A stretch of DNA of 61,875 nt, the filler included, from Sphacelaria rigidula (lineage: Eukaryota), in assembly GCA_964200075.2 (NCBI GenBank). It is 11 parts of 11 records of this genome, joined end to end, with 100 filler letters (N's around TTAATTAATTAA, not from the genome) between each part and the next. Parts side by side here need not be neighbours in the genome. Positions count along the whole stretch, not along the records: positions 22,538 to 28,071 come from CAXNAA020026552.1; positions 28,172 to 33,705 come from CAXNAA020026553.1; positions 33,806 to 39,339 come from CAXNAA020026554.1; positions 39,440 to 44,973 come from CAXNAA020026555.1; 7 more parts are not named here. One strand, written 5' to 3'. How positions within the stretch are numbered: the first letter of the stretch is position 1; every line of letters starts with the position of its first letter. Below, in pieces: positions 25,766-39,560 of the stretch. Made by a program: the position numbers and the translations under genes. The notes beneath the pieces were generated by a model, which did no database searches, was not told the DNA's origin, and saw nothing but the letters and a program-made list of their open reading frames with translations.

Positions 25766-27875
25766 GTGTGTGTGATTCTTCGCAGTTTGTGAAAGAGAAA
25801 ATGAAGAGGCGTCTCTCTCACCTTGAAGCCGTCCAGAGCAGACTGCACGAAGCCCGAAACTTCCTTGAACACGTCTTCTTGACTCGCGTGGCCCCCGAAC
25901 ACATGGTCGAACGCGCAAGACATAGCCCTGCCGAAATCACACGCCGCGAAACAGGTGGTAGTGTACAGAAAAAAGAGACAGCGTCGCGTGGGTTAACACC
26001 TCTCTCGAAGATACCCAGGAGGGTCTTGATCTGTTGAAGCAGCACCGCATCAACGCAGCCCGACACCGCCACACAAAAAAAAACACAACGAGAGTCGCAT
26101 AACGCACCTGGAGGGATTGTCAGGGGGGCACACCGCAACCGAGCACTGGTCCGCCCCGCAGCGAACAGTAGCCTCTCCCTGTGACCCGAGCACACCACCA
26201 TTACAAAAGGCGTCGGCACCGACGGGGGGGGGGGGGGATTAGATGCATCATTGCTGTTATTAAAATTCGTTGGAAGAGAAGCAAAGAAACCAAAAAATTG
26301 AAGTGAGGAGCTAATTGCCTGCGGCTTGCGGTATGAACATGACCAGAGGCATTGGACAGATTTTGGGAGTAGTTAGAGTGATCATGAATACATCCAATAC
26401 TGCTCCTAGCTGTGGTGGTTCACATGTTCTCCTTGGTCTTTGTCATCTCATTCTCCATACCTCCCCCTCCCTCTTGTCTTGTTACGTGCGCTGTCCTCCT
26501 TTTTATCTCGCCTTATTTTTCTGCTTGGTTTTTGTTTTCACAGTGTAGTTGCGTTCTTGTCTCGCCTCCATAGAACTCGTGGGTGATAGTTTATGCAATA
26601 TGGTGGTCATAGCCCAACTAGCTTCCACGACATTTTTCCCGTCGCACCGCCGTTCTCCCTGAAGCTATGCTGCAGGGGTTGGCCATTTCTTGTTCCCTGT
26701 AAATATTGTCTCCTTTGTTTTTCTTTTTTTCACCATTTAACCATCATTTTCATCGGGACCGACTAACCTTCTCGTTCCCCTTTCTTTTCCTCTTCAGATC
26801 TGACTCGTTTGTCTTTCGTTTTTCTTCAGGTTACCTCGTTTATTATACCCATATATCTTCACCTTCCTTCCGCGAGTATTTTCCGTTTAGTTCGTGTTGG
26901 ATACGTCTAAACTTGTGGATAATGACCACGGCTGGAACGTGACAAACTCGGGGGTCAGTTCATGTGCCACAACCAACTGGAAAAAAACACACACACACAC
27001 ACGCACATACAAAACGACATGACGAAACTGTTGGTAAGAGTAAGAACTGGTGTTTCCAGGGGAGCGCGCGCCTCGGAATGCGGCAGGGTGCAACAGCGCT
27101 GGAACAGTCACCGACGTCGTGGTCCCGGCGACCAGACTACAAGTACGGTAGGTACAACTTGACGTGCTATCCCCCTCCCACGAGACAAAAACAGAGCCTG
27201 TTTTGAATCGTTAGATGCAGCTCCGGTTTTGTTCAACAACACACTAAGTAGACGCCGAGGCACTCCACCAAAGGGCAACAAGCTCTCACGTGGCACAGCC
27301 CGAGCCCAAGCGCAAACACCACGGCCCGTCGGGTCGACGACGGCGGGGGATGGGTTACCTACTGCTCATCCATGGCACAGCACAAAACGCATCTCCACTT
27401 CACTCCAAAGAAAACACCACAACAAACCAGAAGGCTACTGTCCTGGACATACTATCAGGCCTAAATTGCTGAAATCAGTCCATCCAAGGGAAATGAAGGC
27501 TGGGTCCGTCACAACCTCGAGTGATACGCCACAGCCCAAATCCCAACCCCAAGCATACGGTGACCCTCCGTTTTACCACCTCCGCAACACGCATGGCCAC
27601 CAACACACGCAAGCATAGCGCCCAGACCTACCTGGGTGGACGCATCCTCGCCATCGGATTCCAAAAACGGTCGAGCGCGCACAAACACCCTCACGCTACC
27701 CCTGAGCTCCTGGATGGTGTTGTGCATGCGGCGGCGCGTGTCCTCCAGCTCCTCCACCATCTTCTGCAGCCCGCCACACCGCTCCCGCTCCTGCTCCAGC
27801 TCACTCCTCAAAGTGCTCAGCTCCTGCTGACGGATGCGCGCCGCTTCCGACGACACTCCGCCGGCTGATACCCCG
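23845..27875 (-). CDS. Kinesin-14 family (KAR3/KIFC1/NCD-type C-terminal motor), partial gene, five exons
   Basis: Minus-strand exons with consistent phases and GT-AG ends. 27632-27875: coiled coil plus neck [23 protein letters not shown]. 26108-26178: [23 protein letters not shown]. 25822-25927: [32 protein letters not shown]. 24454-24585: [19 protein letters not shown]...RGVIPRSV. 23845-23999: [21 protein letters not shown]. Confidence 0.95.
24700..25071. mobile_element. hAT-type MITE in kinesin-14 intron
   Basis: TIR CAAGGGCAGGTCG(A/C)GTAGAG with a perfect 8-bp TSD CAACCGTT (24692-24699 and 25072-25079). Has an internal direct duplication of about 115 bp rich in GAGTA/TACTC. Confidence 0.92.
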
Positions 27876-30800
27876 CTGGTTGCTGGTAACGTTCGAAATA
27901 CAAACACCACGCACCCAGCAACGACGGAAAAGAAAAAGAAGCATGCAATGAGCAAGAGATACAAGCAAACGGCACGGCGGAAAAAAAAAAAAAACGGGAA
28001 TCGAGAAAATGGGGTGGGTGGGAAAGAGGGAAGCGGGGGGGGGGCGACGGGGGGGTGAGGGAGGAGCGGGGNNNNNNNNNNNNNNNNNNNNNNNNNNNNN
28101 NNNNNNNNNNNNNNNTTAATTAATTAANNNNNNNNNNNNNNNNNNNNNNNNNNNNNNNNNNNNNNNNNNNNGCTACAAACAGTTCGCAAGTTGGGTTGCC
28201 CACTTGAGCCTCAATTCAGAGTTAAACCTCAATTCGCACAATCTGCCATTATGTGTTCTGGATAGTCGATGGGAGATACAGTATGGCTGATGTCTGCATA
28301 TCGAATAATCATGTGCGCAACGAAGAGTGTTCCAGGAACGTTCGTTGGATGGAGGATCTCTGCTCTGTGGTTATTGTATGATGTTTTGATGTGGATATAT
28401 TTCCTGTGTAAGGTGGTTACATCATCGACCCGAACACATCTGAGCTCACTTCGTTTTGGACCCAGGATAACATCAGCCTTGCCGCCGTTGCTCTGAGTTC
28501 CAAGTGAGTCCTTACAGGAGAGTTGTGGTCTTGGGGAAACTACTGGCTCCGGTTCGTACTGTGAATTAGAAAGAGATAATCTATTTTGTTTGTGTGGACA
28601 CCTGGATTCGATTGCTGCTGCTGTCACAGTATTGGGTCTGTATTGATTTACTGCACTTTACTGAGCGCTTTGCAACCTAGCTCCCACAGCTTGAGCCGCT
28701 GTTCGTAAGAACATCAGGGCAAAGGTGGACTGAGGCTGCCTTCTCCAAGGCATTTAGCTTAAAGTTCATAATATATGGGGTTTCAGCTTGTAGCGATCAA
28801 GCTCTTGTTGTGTGCTGCCTACTGCGTTGCAAGGTGTTCCTGTCTTCTCCCCTGAGGGTGTCTGCTGCATATGATTTTTCCGTAAGGATCTGCTTCAGGC
28901 CCACGGGTCATTTTTTCGTTTTCCCTCGTGCTGCTTTTGTATACTTGTTTGCTCTGGACTGCCGCCCGCAGCAGTAACACTTGTAGTATTAGCGCGCACT
29001 ACTGTGCCGCCTACATTGAGCGTTTTCTGGTGTGTCGTGTCGACTGTATTGACAGTCGTGCCTATGTGCGTATCTTGCGCGTGCTATAACTGTCAGTCGC
29101 ACTTTTTCAGTCCCAAGCATTTTCGTGTTCCCACCTGCCGGATTGCTGTTGTTACAGCTGCACGATTTGTTTTCTTGTCTTTGGCGCTCCTTCCTGTGCG
29201 CACCTTCGCCCCTGGCTGCCGCCGACACAAGTAACCATCGTCGCATCAGTGTGCACCTCCGCGCTCGCTATTGTATATAGTGTGCTTTGGTTTTGTGGAT
29301 TCTGTACAATCTGCGATCGTTCCCTTGCTGTCTACCCCATTTCCGGCGCAAAACAGTACGTGTGCAACTGGTTTCAGGTCCGGACAAAAACGCCCAAAGT
29401 GGGCTGCGAGGTCTGTGTGTATGTCATGGTACGATACTTACCACCTGGGTAGGAAGATGCCAGTTCAGTGGGCACCGGGGCTAGCAGGCCCAAACACAAT
29501 CTTTAGTATCGCAACCATTGAGTTCGATATTATCGAGTGCAAAGTCAGCCACCGCACCAGTGGTCAGGTGGCATGCCATAAGCCGCGCAGGCTGCAGCAC
29601 AACATGTGTTGCATGAAGGTCAGGCTTACATTTTGTGAAGACCAGAGAATCCTCTGAGATAGCAGTCCCTGATGGCGTAGATGCTCTTGTATTATTGGCG
29701 TACAGGCTAACTTGTGCTTTGCTAGTTGAGATGCATAGTCCAGAATGCTGTGATCCAAAGGGGGCCGCCAAGTCAATTCAATCAAACAATGTGGTATGAC
29801 CCATCAGGTACCAAGCATGACAAAGTATGACAAATGGAACCCAGTCGACTGGAACATGACCAATAAATCTGTAACATGTACAGAGCACCGAGGATCATCA
29901 TCGTACGCCAGTATACTACCTTTGTTCACGGTGTGCACTCTACACCACTCTCGCCGTTCCATTTCTATACCAGCACCGGCCATCTTCCCTTGCCTTCAGT
30001 TTGTTTGCGCACGCCTCGAAACCCGTGCGTGCAGCACCAGACCCTTCCAGTGTGGGAGTCGCCCTCCATGCGTGAGGAGCGATATATAGTACCTGGTACA
30101 GTTTCTTTTCTGTATATTGCTCTGCTTGATTGTTTTGTGAGGCCACGACATCACTGCATCGCTACCCATATTGATGGGTCGTGGTGGGAGAAATCCACCA
30201 CCCGACCACTTTGCCTCGAACGCCGATGTTAGTTTGTGTACGGCACTCTTCAGCGGCAGCGCATCGATGCCTTGCTGATATATAGATATGTACATTTTTT
30301 TCGGTTCTGCGCAGTAGTCTTTTTGCTCCGTTCCTACACTCTCTCATGAGAACGCGCGGAGTATCTACTCACTGTCTTTTATGTACGCATGCGGAGTAAC
30401 TGCACACATCTGTGCACGTTCTTGGGTGGCCTGTTTCCGTTACATGTGCACATTGCACACGTTTGTGTGTGCACTATTGTGTTGTGTCTTGAGGTGGTGG
30501 ACCGACGAACGATGAGCCCAACAGCAAGACACAAGCACCCCTTTCCGGTGTTTCGTGTATGCCGTTGGCAAATAAAGCTACCCCACAACGCAACACATGA
30601 GCACAGACGAACCAAATTGTTTCCTCCCGCAATTCTCACACCCAAATTGTATGTGCCCACGCATGTAGCCTCTGATCAGCAGATGCGTTGCTGCCATGGA
30701 CGATGCTTCATCCCGAATGTATGTTCTGTTTCGTTTTTGTCTTTAATTTTTTCGTGGCAGCGTTGGATGCTGCACTTTTCGGCATCGCTGTCAACCACTC

Positions 30801-33800
30801 CCATCTACTGGTGGATCTGCTAATATTTTCGAGTGGCCTATTCACTGTAACCCGCAAGTTTCCATGGCCCACGCCCGCGGTCGTGGTCACATCGATATCC
30901 TGGCCGAAACACCGACGTTGTGGTTACGAATGCTTTGGTTCCATGTACTCTTCAGTACTGAACTCTCTCTCTGAACTTTCTGTAGTGCGCAGGATAACTT
31001 GAAACACTGCACTTGGTGCACGAACGGAAGAGTATTTTTCTTGTGCTTGTTCTGAAGTACACTGCATTGCAGTACAGTAAATTGGAGTCGGGTTGTACCC
31101 ATAGTACATTTCTGTCATGGTTCCGACACGGTCCACCAACCCCGCACCACGAGCTATTCAGCGATAGGTGTGCCTGCACTCGAAATCTTTTCGTCGCCGG
31201 AGTGTTTCATTTGATTTGTCGCAGGCATGTGGTATGGCTGCAGTCGAGTGTCATATCTTCTCGAATACGTACACGTGTTCGGGTAATTCGGCACTACAGA
31301 ACATATGTGCTACGGTAGAAACACCGTCTCCGACGTGGACCACGATTGGTCGACAAATGCGGCCTTCGCCAGTAGTCTGTAACACTAAACGATGTTCGGT
31401 CGCCTTCTTTTTCTTTCCCTTGGTGTTGATCACACGAATACTGCCCTTCCGGTTGAGTACCATAGGTAACGTTCCGCGCGCAACCCTCGTGTTGGAGCAA
31501 CATTTCAGATGCCGACCGAAGCCTGCGGGTCAATTCCGTTTAGCTCCGCTTCATACAAGTGTTCTACACACACAGGGGTTCAGCGGCAGTACTATTTCCA
31601 CCCTGCAGGTGTGCGCTGCGCTTCCTGAGTGTTTGATTTTTTTTCACATGGATTTTCGACATCATTACACCTTGAAGCATGCGTCACCCAGCTCAGCCTG
31701 CTGGGGATGTGTAGCCGCTTGTGTTCCGTGGTCTGTCAATCTGACATTTTTATCCCAATCACGAATTGCGCTTCAAAGCAGCGCATCCAAGTTGTGGTGC
31801 TTGGATCGATATCCTGTTCGAGCCACTGGCTCTTCGGTTTGAAGTATCTCAGTTTCCACATACAGTACACCAGCATGCAAACGTGCCGCTCTTCCACTTT
31901 CGTAGTGAGGGTGCAATTTGAGAGAGCGCTGGTGAAGTATGGGAAACTCGGTACTGACTACATCATGCGCACGGACACTGTCCGGACCAAACGCGTCGGA
32001 TATTCCATTGCATCCCACCTCTGCACCTATGTATCATACGGACGGGTGTTTTTCAGTTTCGGGTTGTTCCTCCATGTGCCACTAGCTGTATGTCGAGACA
32101 TGTATTGCATACACCTCCTCGACACACCGCTCGGACTGTATTGAACTTTCCCCCAGAGTGACAAACATCCCTCCAACGCATACGGGTAATGCAGTGATAT
32201 CGTGGTATGAAACCACTACATTATTTCAAAATCGATACCATCAAATAATTGGCGTTGATGAACTTGCATCGCGATGCTTCTCCGAAGTGAGGGCCCCACA
32301 CGTTGTTTTGCTAAGGTTCCAAACGCCCTTACCAGCAGCCCCATGTGCTCCCACACACAACAGACTGTATCCAGTACCACCGTAGCCTGCCCAGAAATTC
32401 GCGCCGTGCGCACCATCAAAAACGCTGTTCTGACAACTCCGTGTACCACCCGACAATTTCACTGAAGCCTGTCTGAGGTACAAAGCGCTGTTCTGACAAC
32501 TCCGTGTACCACCCGACAATTTTTCACTGAAACTTGTCTGGAGTAGAAAATGGCGGTCGCATGCCTTCACGACTACACCCGAAATCACGGTATCAGTCTC
32601 TGTACTTACTAGCAGGCCTGGTGCTTGGTACACAAAACCAAAAAACAGAAGAACAATATAGAAAACCACAGCCTGAAGGAAACTTCCCCTCAGCCTCTGG
32701 TATTGTATCATTCCACGAGAATGAACCCAAGCCAGCCACGGCGGCTCCTGACCGAACACCAAGACGGTGCGGTCCCCCTTAATTCTACGCGGCCACTGCA
32801 CCCACATCCCGAAACTAAGATATCGTCGGCCGGCGCTAGCTCAGGCTTGTGGTGTGGGTACAGTGGGTTCGATCAGTCCTGAGTCAAGGGTCCCACTCAG
32901 GCACGAGCCCCCGCGAAGCCGCACGTGGGTGTAGCCCTCACGGTGAAGAATTGTGTTGTTTCATCATTAAAATTGACCACTCAAGGGTACCACTGCATAG
33001 TTCCAACTGTTGGTAGCTAGCTCATTCTCCCCGACCATCGGGATGGGAAACCACGTCTTCTGGCGGTGCCCACATGCCGAGAGAGAAGCTGTCTCGCGGT
33101 ATTGTGTTGCTGCCCCTACAGCTATCCACTGTAGGGTACATGTTAGCCCAGGTACCCACAGGACGGCCCCTTAGTACAGTGTTACGCCGGGGGAAATTTT
33201 CTTTTTTTTAATAGTCTTTTAAACGCCTCCGCGAAAAACGGTGAAAAGCGTTGGATGATGGCAAATATCCTGTTTTCGCAAGCACGGTCCGCACCTGTTG
33301 TGCATTCAAGAGCAGCCCAGACAGCATCGCCCAGGAGGGAGGAGGAGACGCGTGAACAATTGAGGTGCGTTCATATATAGGCAGACAGTTCCTCTCGCAA
33401 ATTGCGATGGCAACAGTGCTGTATGCAACGAGTTAGGGCAGAATCCGTGCAGCTCAGGGTGAACATCACCCCCCTCGCTGAAACCTGACCTCCGGTGTCA
33501 TGTGAGGACACGGCGCTGGACCTACACGACCAGGAGAGATACAGAGAGATGTTTCATCATGTAGAGAAAGTAAACTTTATGTTGCAAAAGATTTCACTGA
33601 AATCCATCGCTGTCAAGAAATTAACGACTTGACTGAAGTTGAAAAAAGTTTAAATTTTGCTCCGCACCAGCACATGGGTGCAGTAGAGAGCCCCCTTCGT
33701 GCTCTNNNNNNNNNNNNNNNNNNNNNNNNNNNNNNNNNNNNNNNNNNNNTTAATTAATTAANNNNNNNNNNNNNNNNNNNNNNNNNNNNNNNNNNNNNNN

Positions 33801-33805
33801 NNNNN

Positions 33806-34087
33806 ACCGTTGCTGCTTTTTACGACGATCTGACTCGAAATTTCGAGCGGCAAATGGCCCAAAATCCCCCCCCCGCGCTATCGTAGGATGACTCTCATAC
33901 TACAGCGCCTGATGTTTGGTTTCGGGCTGCATAAAGCGCCTCATATGGGCGACACTGACGAAAATGAACCCAAGCATGGAAATTCTCAGCTGCTCGTCGA
34001 TCTCGGATTTTTTCATTTCGATTCACGTGTAGATTTTGCTTCCGCAAACCAGCCAATTATATTGGGGGGGCTATCGTAGAAAGTGTC
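33806..34087. mobile_element. GAC-terminal MITE family end at contig start
   Basis: Ends ...TTGGGGGGGCTATCGTAGAAAGTGTC. The subterminal sequence matches 5466-5535 inverted. Confidence 0.75.
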
Positions 34088-35922
34088 GGAGATATCGAAG
34101 GTCGACTGAGCACCGTACAACTAGCTGTGCACAGTACATATGCATGGAGAGCAGCTTCACACAGCACAATGCAAATATCACACAGTGTACGGTGCATCAG
34201 AGTACACTCCAGGGGCGCTGTGCAACAACATAAAGGAGAGTACACACATCTATCTGCAGCAGATAGCTGCATAGTATACGCACGGGTACACTAACGGCTG
34301 CAGCATACTGTATGGCACATGCAGTAACGCCACGAAGACAACACTGACTGTACAATGCATCAAGTACTGATAAAGGCAGTACAGGCCGTACAAAGTTGAA
34401 AACAGCAGACAGTACATCGTCCAGTGCTGGTTCATACAATGAATGATAGGAACTGCCACAAGGCTAGCTGTTCCCATCCTGCTGGTGATGCTGGTGAGTG
34501 CCCGCCGAACATTTTCGTACGAGCTGGACCAGCTGCGGCGGTGATTCTTGAGCTTTTTCGGGTCCGGCGGTGCTAGCTTTTTGAGGAGTTGGGCACTGAA
34601 TGTTTTACACGACATTCTCATCATTAACACGCGCAACATTTTCTCAGGATGCCGAGAGAGAGATGAGTGTACAAAACAGTTGGGCATACTTCCAACTTCA
34701 GGGACAGGTTGAAAAACGAAAAACGGCGGCATCCCCAGAAATGTGATCCTTACTGGCGTGCAGGAGATCCTGGTAAAACTCGGCCACTCAGCGTTATTTT
34801 ATCATCTCTTGAAGTACCGCAGCTTTCACCGCTACCACCGCCATCACGACCTTCGTTACCTCCCCTGGCACATGTACTATCGTCACTGTTACCGTTCACC
34901 AATACTTCTCCCGTTGTCATCCCTACCAAGTGCCGTACTTCACACCCCAACTCATGCCGTTCAATTGCCGATTCCTCTGCGGTCGGTGATAACAGGTTCG
35001 CCAATACTTTACAGACGCGTCGTTCTACGCCTCAGACATCAGCGCGAGGGGAATCTGCAATTCTATGCTTCCTTGCCGCTCATTTGCTCCCACTGCGGCT
35101 ACGGTCAAGGTGAAGTTTCTTACTACTGTACCTTAAAGCTGATTCAGCAGTCAGTAGAAACTCGTGCGGCTGTGTGTTGCAAGCTTTTTTAGGGGTGCGT
35201 ATTCATTTCGTTGCTTGCCTTAGTCGTTTGACAATTGATCGCGCATCCCTTGCTAGACAAAGGAAATTCCAGGGGGGAGGGGGGGGTGGAGGCAGTTGGT
35301 GACATTGATAGAAAAAGATGTGCATGTCAGTAAAAACGATAGTCGATCAAGTACTTTTATGGCGCGCACCCGCGTATCGTGATCATCTCCTAGCGGAATC
35401 GTCCTTGACGCTATTTGCGATGTTTTCCGCCAGAAGCCACGCCATTAATGAGGGTCATTTCGGTGGAGAGGGTGAGAAAGGTTAATATTTGTCATTTGAT
35501 TTTGATATCGGGTTTTAATATCCGCTCACACCTCCGTTTCTTCGCATTTCGCGGAAAGGCCGAGAACACGCAGCCAATTCACTTTATCTACTGGTGCGAA
35601 AGCCATGCACCGCCCCATTCCCATCATCTTGTCTGGTCGTTGTGCAAGCGCAACTAGATCCCACAGCATCGTGTGTTTGAAGTATTTTACGGAGCGTTTC
35701 AACGTTCAAGAACTTGTATCCCACCGCCGTCTAGCTTTGCCCCTATGAATCAAGCATGATGTAGCACAGAGGTTGGCAAAGGTGATCATGGTTGCTGTCA
35801 CCACGAAGCTTCTCCGTTGACCACCATGCCATGCGCCGCATCCCATCAGTCGATGCTGTTTTTGCAACCTTTTTACAACGCATTCCATGTTTCGCCTATT
35901 AAATTTTGTGTGGCTACACAAG

Positions 35923-37215
35923 GCCATAATGATAAACAGCGCAAATCTGATGGGCGGAGGTACCGAGCCGGACAAATACACAGGATTCGGTCGCGTGCAT
36001 CTGGAGGCCGGAATGCCTCTGCGCGGTGAAGGAGATCTTGCCCTCTTCGTCGCCGACTCAGCTAACACCAGCATCTCAGAGAACTCCAACGATACCTACC
36101 ATTTTCAGGTGAAATGAGCATTACATCAACACCAAGACTTGCAAACCGGGACGCCCGTCATTTTCGAATGAACGTGGCCATTTTGTATTGTCATACCTAT
36201 TTGTCGTTCCATCTCTCATCATCGGGACCAGTCCGTAGTCATGGGGCATCAACTCATATGTACCCTGATCCACATATCGCAAATTACCGTCGAACGTTGG
36301 ATTTGCGTTGCCGTAGCCCGTCGACTTTGAAGTGGCCGTTCTGTCAGCTCGCGTTCCGACGCTTCCCACCACAGCCCCCAGCATGATGCCGTACACCACA
36401 ACAATCGGGATTCGAACCCTCAACTCTGCCCAAACTGACCTATGATGCACCAATTTGACCACTGGATCGCGACGTCAGTAGGTATAATGAAGAGGGGCCC
36501 GCGGAGAGTAGACCCACGCTTGAGGATGGGTGCACCACTTTACTGTACCCCAATTACGCGAGCTTCGTACACTATTACGCCAGAGTCGACTCATAACTTT
36601 TGTGGGCCGGGGGATATGAACAAGTGCCCAACAGTCGGGTTCACACCGGGTTTGCCGCCTCCTACAAGCCGCGGTATCGCCCTAGACGCGTTTGTCGCAG
36701 GTGTTCAGCTCACCGACTGAGCCTGCACTTGTATGTTTTTCTCCACTGCTCAGGTTAATGGGAGTGCCGGCCTCGAGCTACGCGCCACCATCTCCTGGCT
36801 GGACGTACCAGCCTCCACCCTGACTCGAGGGATTCTCAATGATCTTGACCTTGTAGTCACGTCACCTTCGGGTGGAGCGTACAATATGTGGGCTTCAGGT
36901 GTCTCAGATACGACAAATGTCAACGAAAGGGTGATCATCTCCGCTTGTCAGGTGGAGAGCGGAAACTGGACGGTGACAGTTCGCTCAAGAGCTCTGGTGA
37001 CCGAGACCCAGGATTACTCGCTGGTGGTAACAGGCGCTGTGGTACCTGTTCACAGCCACTGTGGTACCGCTCGAACAAATTACTCCTCACATTTCCCGAG
37101 TGAGAAATCGGGAGAAGGTGATGAATTTTCAAAGCAAACGTCCATCCCTGAAGGAATGCAGGAGTTCCACAAAGTCGGGGGAAGGGACAACTACGACCAA
37201 GGGCCCATCGTTTAG
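35923..37215 (+). CDS. Subtilisin-like serine protease (S8, KP-43/TagC type), last two exons
   Basis: Exon 35923-36108 (AIMINSA...GFGRVHL...LFVAD) ends the S8 catalytic domain. Exon 36754-37215 (LRATISWLDVPAS...NDLDLVVTSPSG...DTTNVNERVII...WTVTV...QDYSLVVTG) is the C-terminal jelly-roll domain typical of KP-43-like proteases. The CAG|GT and CAG|G junctions are in phase 0. Confidence 0.9.
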
Positions 37216-37583
37216 TGTTTGGAAGCTCTCCTCAAGGGGGGGGGGGAGGTTCAGTGAAGAGTATCATGCGGCCCTCTAAGTCGTGGAATGGTTTCCCAGT
37301 ATATTATTCTGTTACCAGGTTCGCTGCTCCCCCCCCGTCCACCGAGACCGTTCTACCCTCCAAACCCATAGAGATGGAGGTTCGTCAGCCCTCGCGTCAG
37401 CTACTACTCTGTAGGTCGCGAACGATCAGTAGCGTTTTCGCCACGTCACGACATCAAAATCTGCAGGAATATAGTAGTCATGATTGCGATATATATATCT
37501 ATATATAACAGTAGTAGATTGTGTCACACGTGGCTGTTGCTAAGCAGCTGATTGGTGTAGTGCAATTTGTGTTTGTTGGAAAG

Positions 37584-37894
37584 CAGTGTTGGAGATCGTC
37601 GCCAAAATCAGCCTCGATCTGAATTTGGAGATCGAGGCAAAAAAAACCGATCTTCGACCCTTTTTCGATCTCCAGGAATTCGGCCGATTTTCCGATCTTG
37701 ATCTTTCGATCTCGATCTTGCCCCCTTACGAGTGCCGGTATCTTACGCGGCAGACGGCGATGGCATGTCGACTGCGAGAGGAGCTTAAGCGCTTCCGCTC
37801 TCGGCGGCAAAGGAAACATTCTCGAGGCTCATGTTGATGTTGGCGGGGCCAGTGTGTGGTGCGCAGAAGAGCTGTGATCTGTGGTCTATGGTGT

Positions 37895-37961
<67 letters not shown>

Positions 37962-38246
37962 TTGGGGGGGGGGGGCGGGGCGGGGGGTGTGGGGGGGGGG
38001 GGGCGGCAGTGTGGAATGTGGAGTGTGGAGTGTGGAGGAAAAGGGGCCCCGCAGGGTGAATAATGGGATATGTGCACCTCGGGGGACTCCGTGAGTAAAA
38101 ACATCGGAATCGCGATCTCCGATCTTCGATCTTCAATCTCGATTCAGAATCGGAATCGTGGCCAAAATATTCTCGATCTCGATATTGGAGAATCGGCGAT
38201 TAGTCGGAGATCAGATCGACTGTCCGATTCACGATCTCCAACACTG
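37584..38246. mobile_element. hAT-type MITE carrying a (GT)n/G-tract core
   Basis: TIR CAGTGTTGGAGATCGT with a perfect 8-bp TSD TTGGAAAG (37576-37583 and 38247-38254). Subterminal CGATCT motifs. Confidence 0.93.
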
Positions 38247-38974
38247 TTGGAAAGAAATCCATCTCAGATCTGTATAAATTTTTCGGTAGAATAGGTTACG
38301 CTTCAGCGTGAAAAACAACTTGAGTAGAAGGTAAAACAGACAGTACGAATGAGTCTAACCGTGGGGTAGATGAATGGGCAAATCGAACTGTTTGTGTCGG
38401 AATATAGTGAAGAGCTTGAGTCGAAGAGTCTATAGTATCAAGAGTTTGTGGATGTGCAGTTCATGGGTGTATATAGTTCAGGTCGAACAATTCAACGTAC
38501 GAACGGTTTTGTTGCATGAGACAGTTTTTTGGAGCGCCACTCGTGGTCACTCTCTTATTTTATTCACTCAATCAAGCCTATCAGCTTGTTGGTAGTTTTT
38601 GCAATAATAAGGCACCCAGCGTTTTATTGTTTCCATGCTGTGTTCGACCCAGTGAAGCGCCAAGTGTCACCCCCCCTTGTTTTTTGCACAAGCAAGTGTT
38701 CAACCATCACTGTGGAAGCCTCTGCGAGCTCCATTGTCAAAGCTGGGTTCACGAGCTGAACTCATTATTCCACACGTCGGACAACTCAACTCAGGTTAAT
38801 ACGCGCTAGCTGCTTTTCGCTTACCTCACCACTGAGGTATAGCAGCATCACTCAGCGGTGCTCATTCTGGCCGGGTGAGCTGAGCACGACCTGTTTATAT
38901 TGCCATTGTCTATCGACTTTACCACTTTCGAGTGGAAGGATAGTAATACCAGATATGATATAGGGGCTTGCCAT

Positions 38975-39052
38975 TTACGTCAACGTTGACGTAATCTGTT
39001 ACATCCGTCAACGTTGACGTATTCTGTTACATCCGTCAACGTTCAGCATCCG
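38975..39052. repeat. Short tandem repeat, 28-bp unit with palindrome GTCAACGTTGAC
   Basis: CGTCAACGTTGACGTA(A/T)TCTGTTACATC repeated about 2.5 times. Confidence 0.75.
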
Positions 39053-39439
39053 TCCCATAAGCCCCGCATGGACACAGCAACACATGGAAAACACTCACAC
39101 CGTCTCTAGCTATCGTTCAAGCCATCGCACGGAGCAAACGGATCTGTAGCGGATGAGATACGTGCTTAGCTGTCACAACGTTGTGCTACACACGATGTGC
39201 TGATCACAGATAAGTGATCGAAAAAGCCGCAAGCTTCGAATAGGCAAGCCCGGACGCCAGTGGACACAACATCAAGTTGTTACCGTGATAGCTGAGGTCG
39301 TGGACTGGGTCTAGGCAGCGGGAAGACTTGATTCGTATCNNNNNNNNNNNNNNNNNNNNNNNNNNNNNNNNNNNNNNNNNNNNTTAATTAATTAANNNNN
39401 NNNNNNNNNNNNNNNNNNNNNNNNNNNNNNNNNNNNNNN

Positions 39440-39560
39440 TGGCCAATGTCGCCAATATGAGGCGCTTCATGCAGCCTGATCCCGAAGATCAGGCGCTGCA
39501 TGGCCATTATTTCGTGACACTTTTAGCTGGTTTTTTGGGGGGGCTATAGTAGAAAGTGTC
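39440..39560. mobile_element. GAC-terminal MITE family right end at contig start
   Basis: TTTCGTGACACTTTTAGCTGGTTTT..GGGGGGGCTATAGTAGAAAGTGTC, the same as 10350-10403. Confidence 0.8.

Noticed and set aside
25577..26037. HTHTHT/CVCVCV repeat proteins (also 37726-38136)
   Set aside because: These are translations of (GT)n microsatellites in introns or MITEs.
11890..27875. Two kinesin genes close together as a cluster
   Set aside because: They are on different contigs separated by spacers, so the order reflects size sorting.
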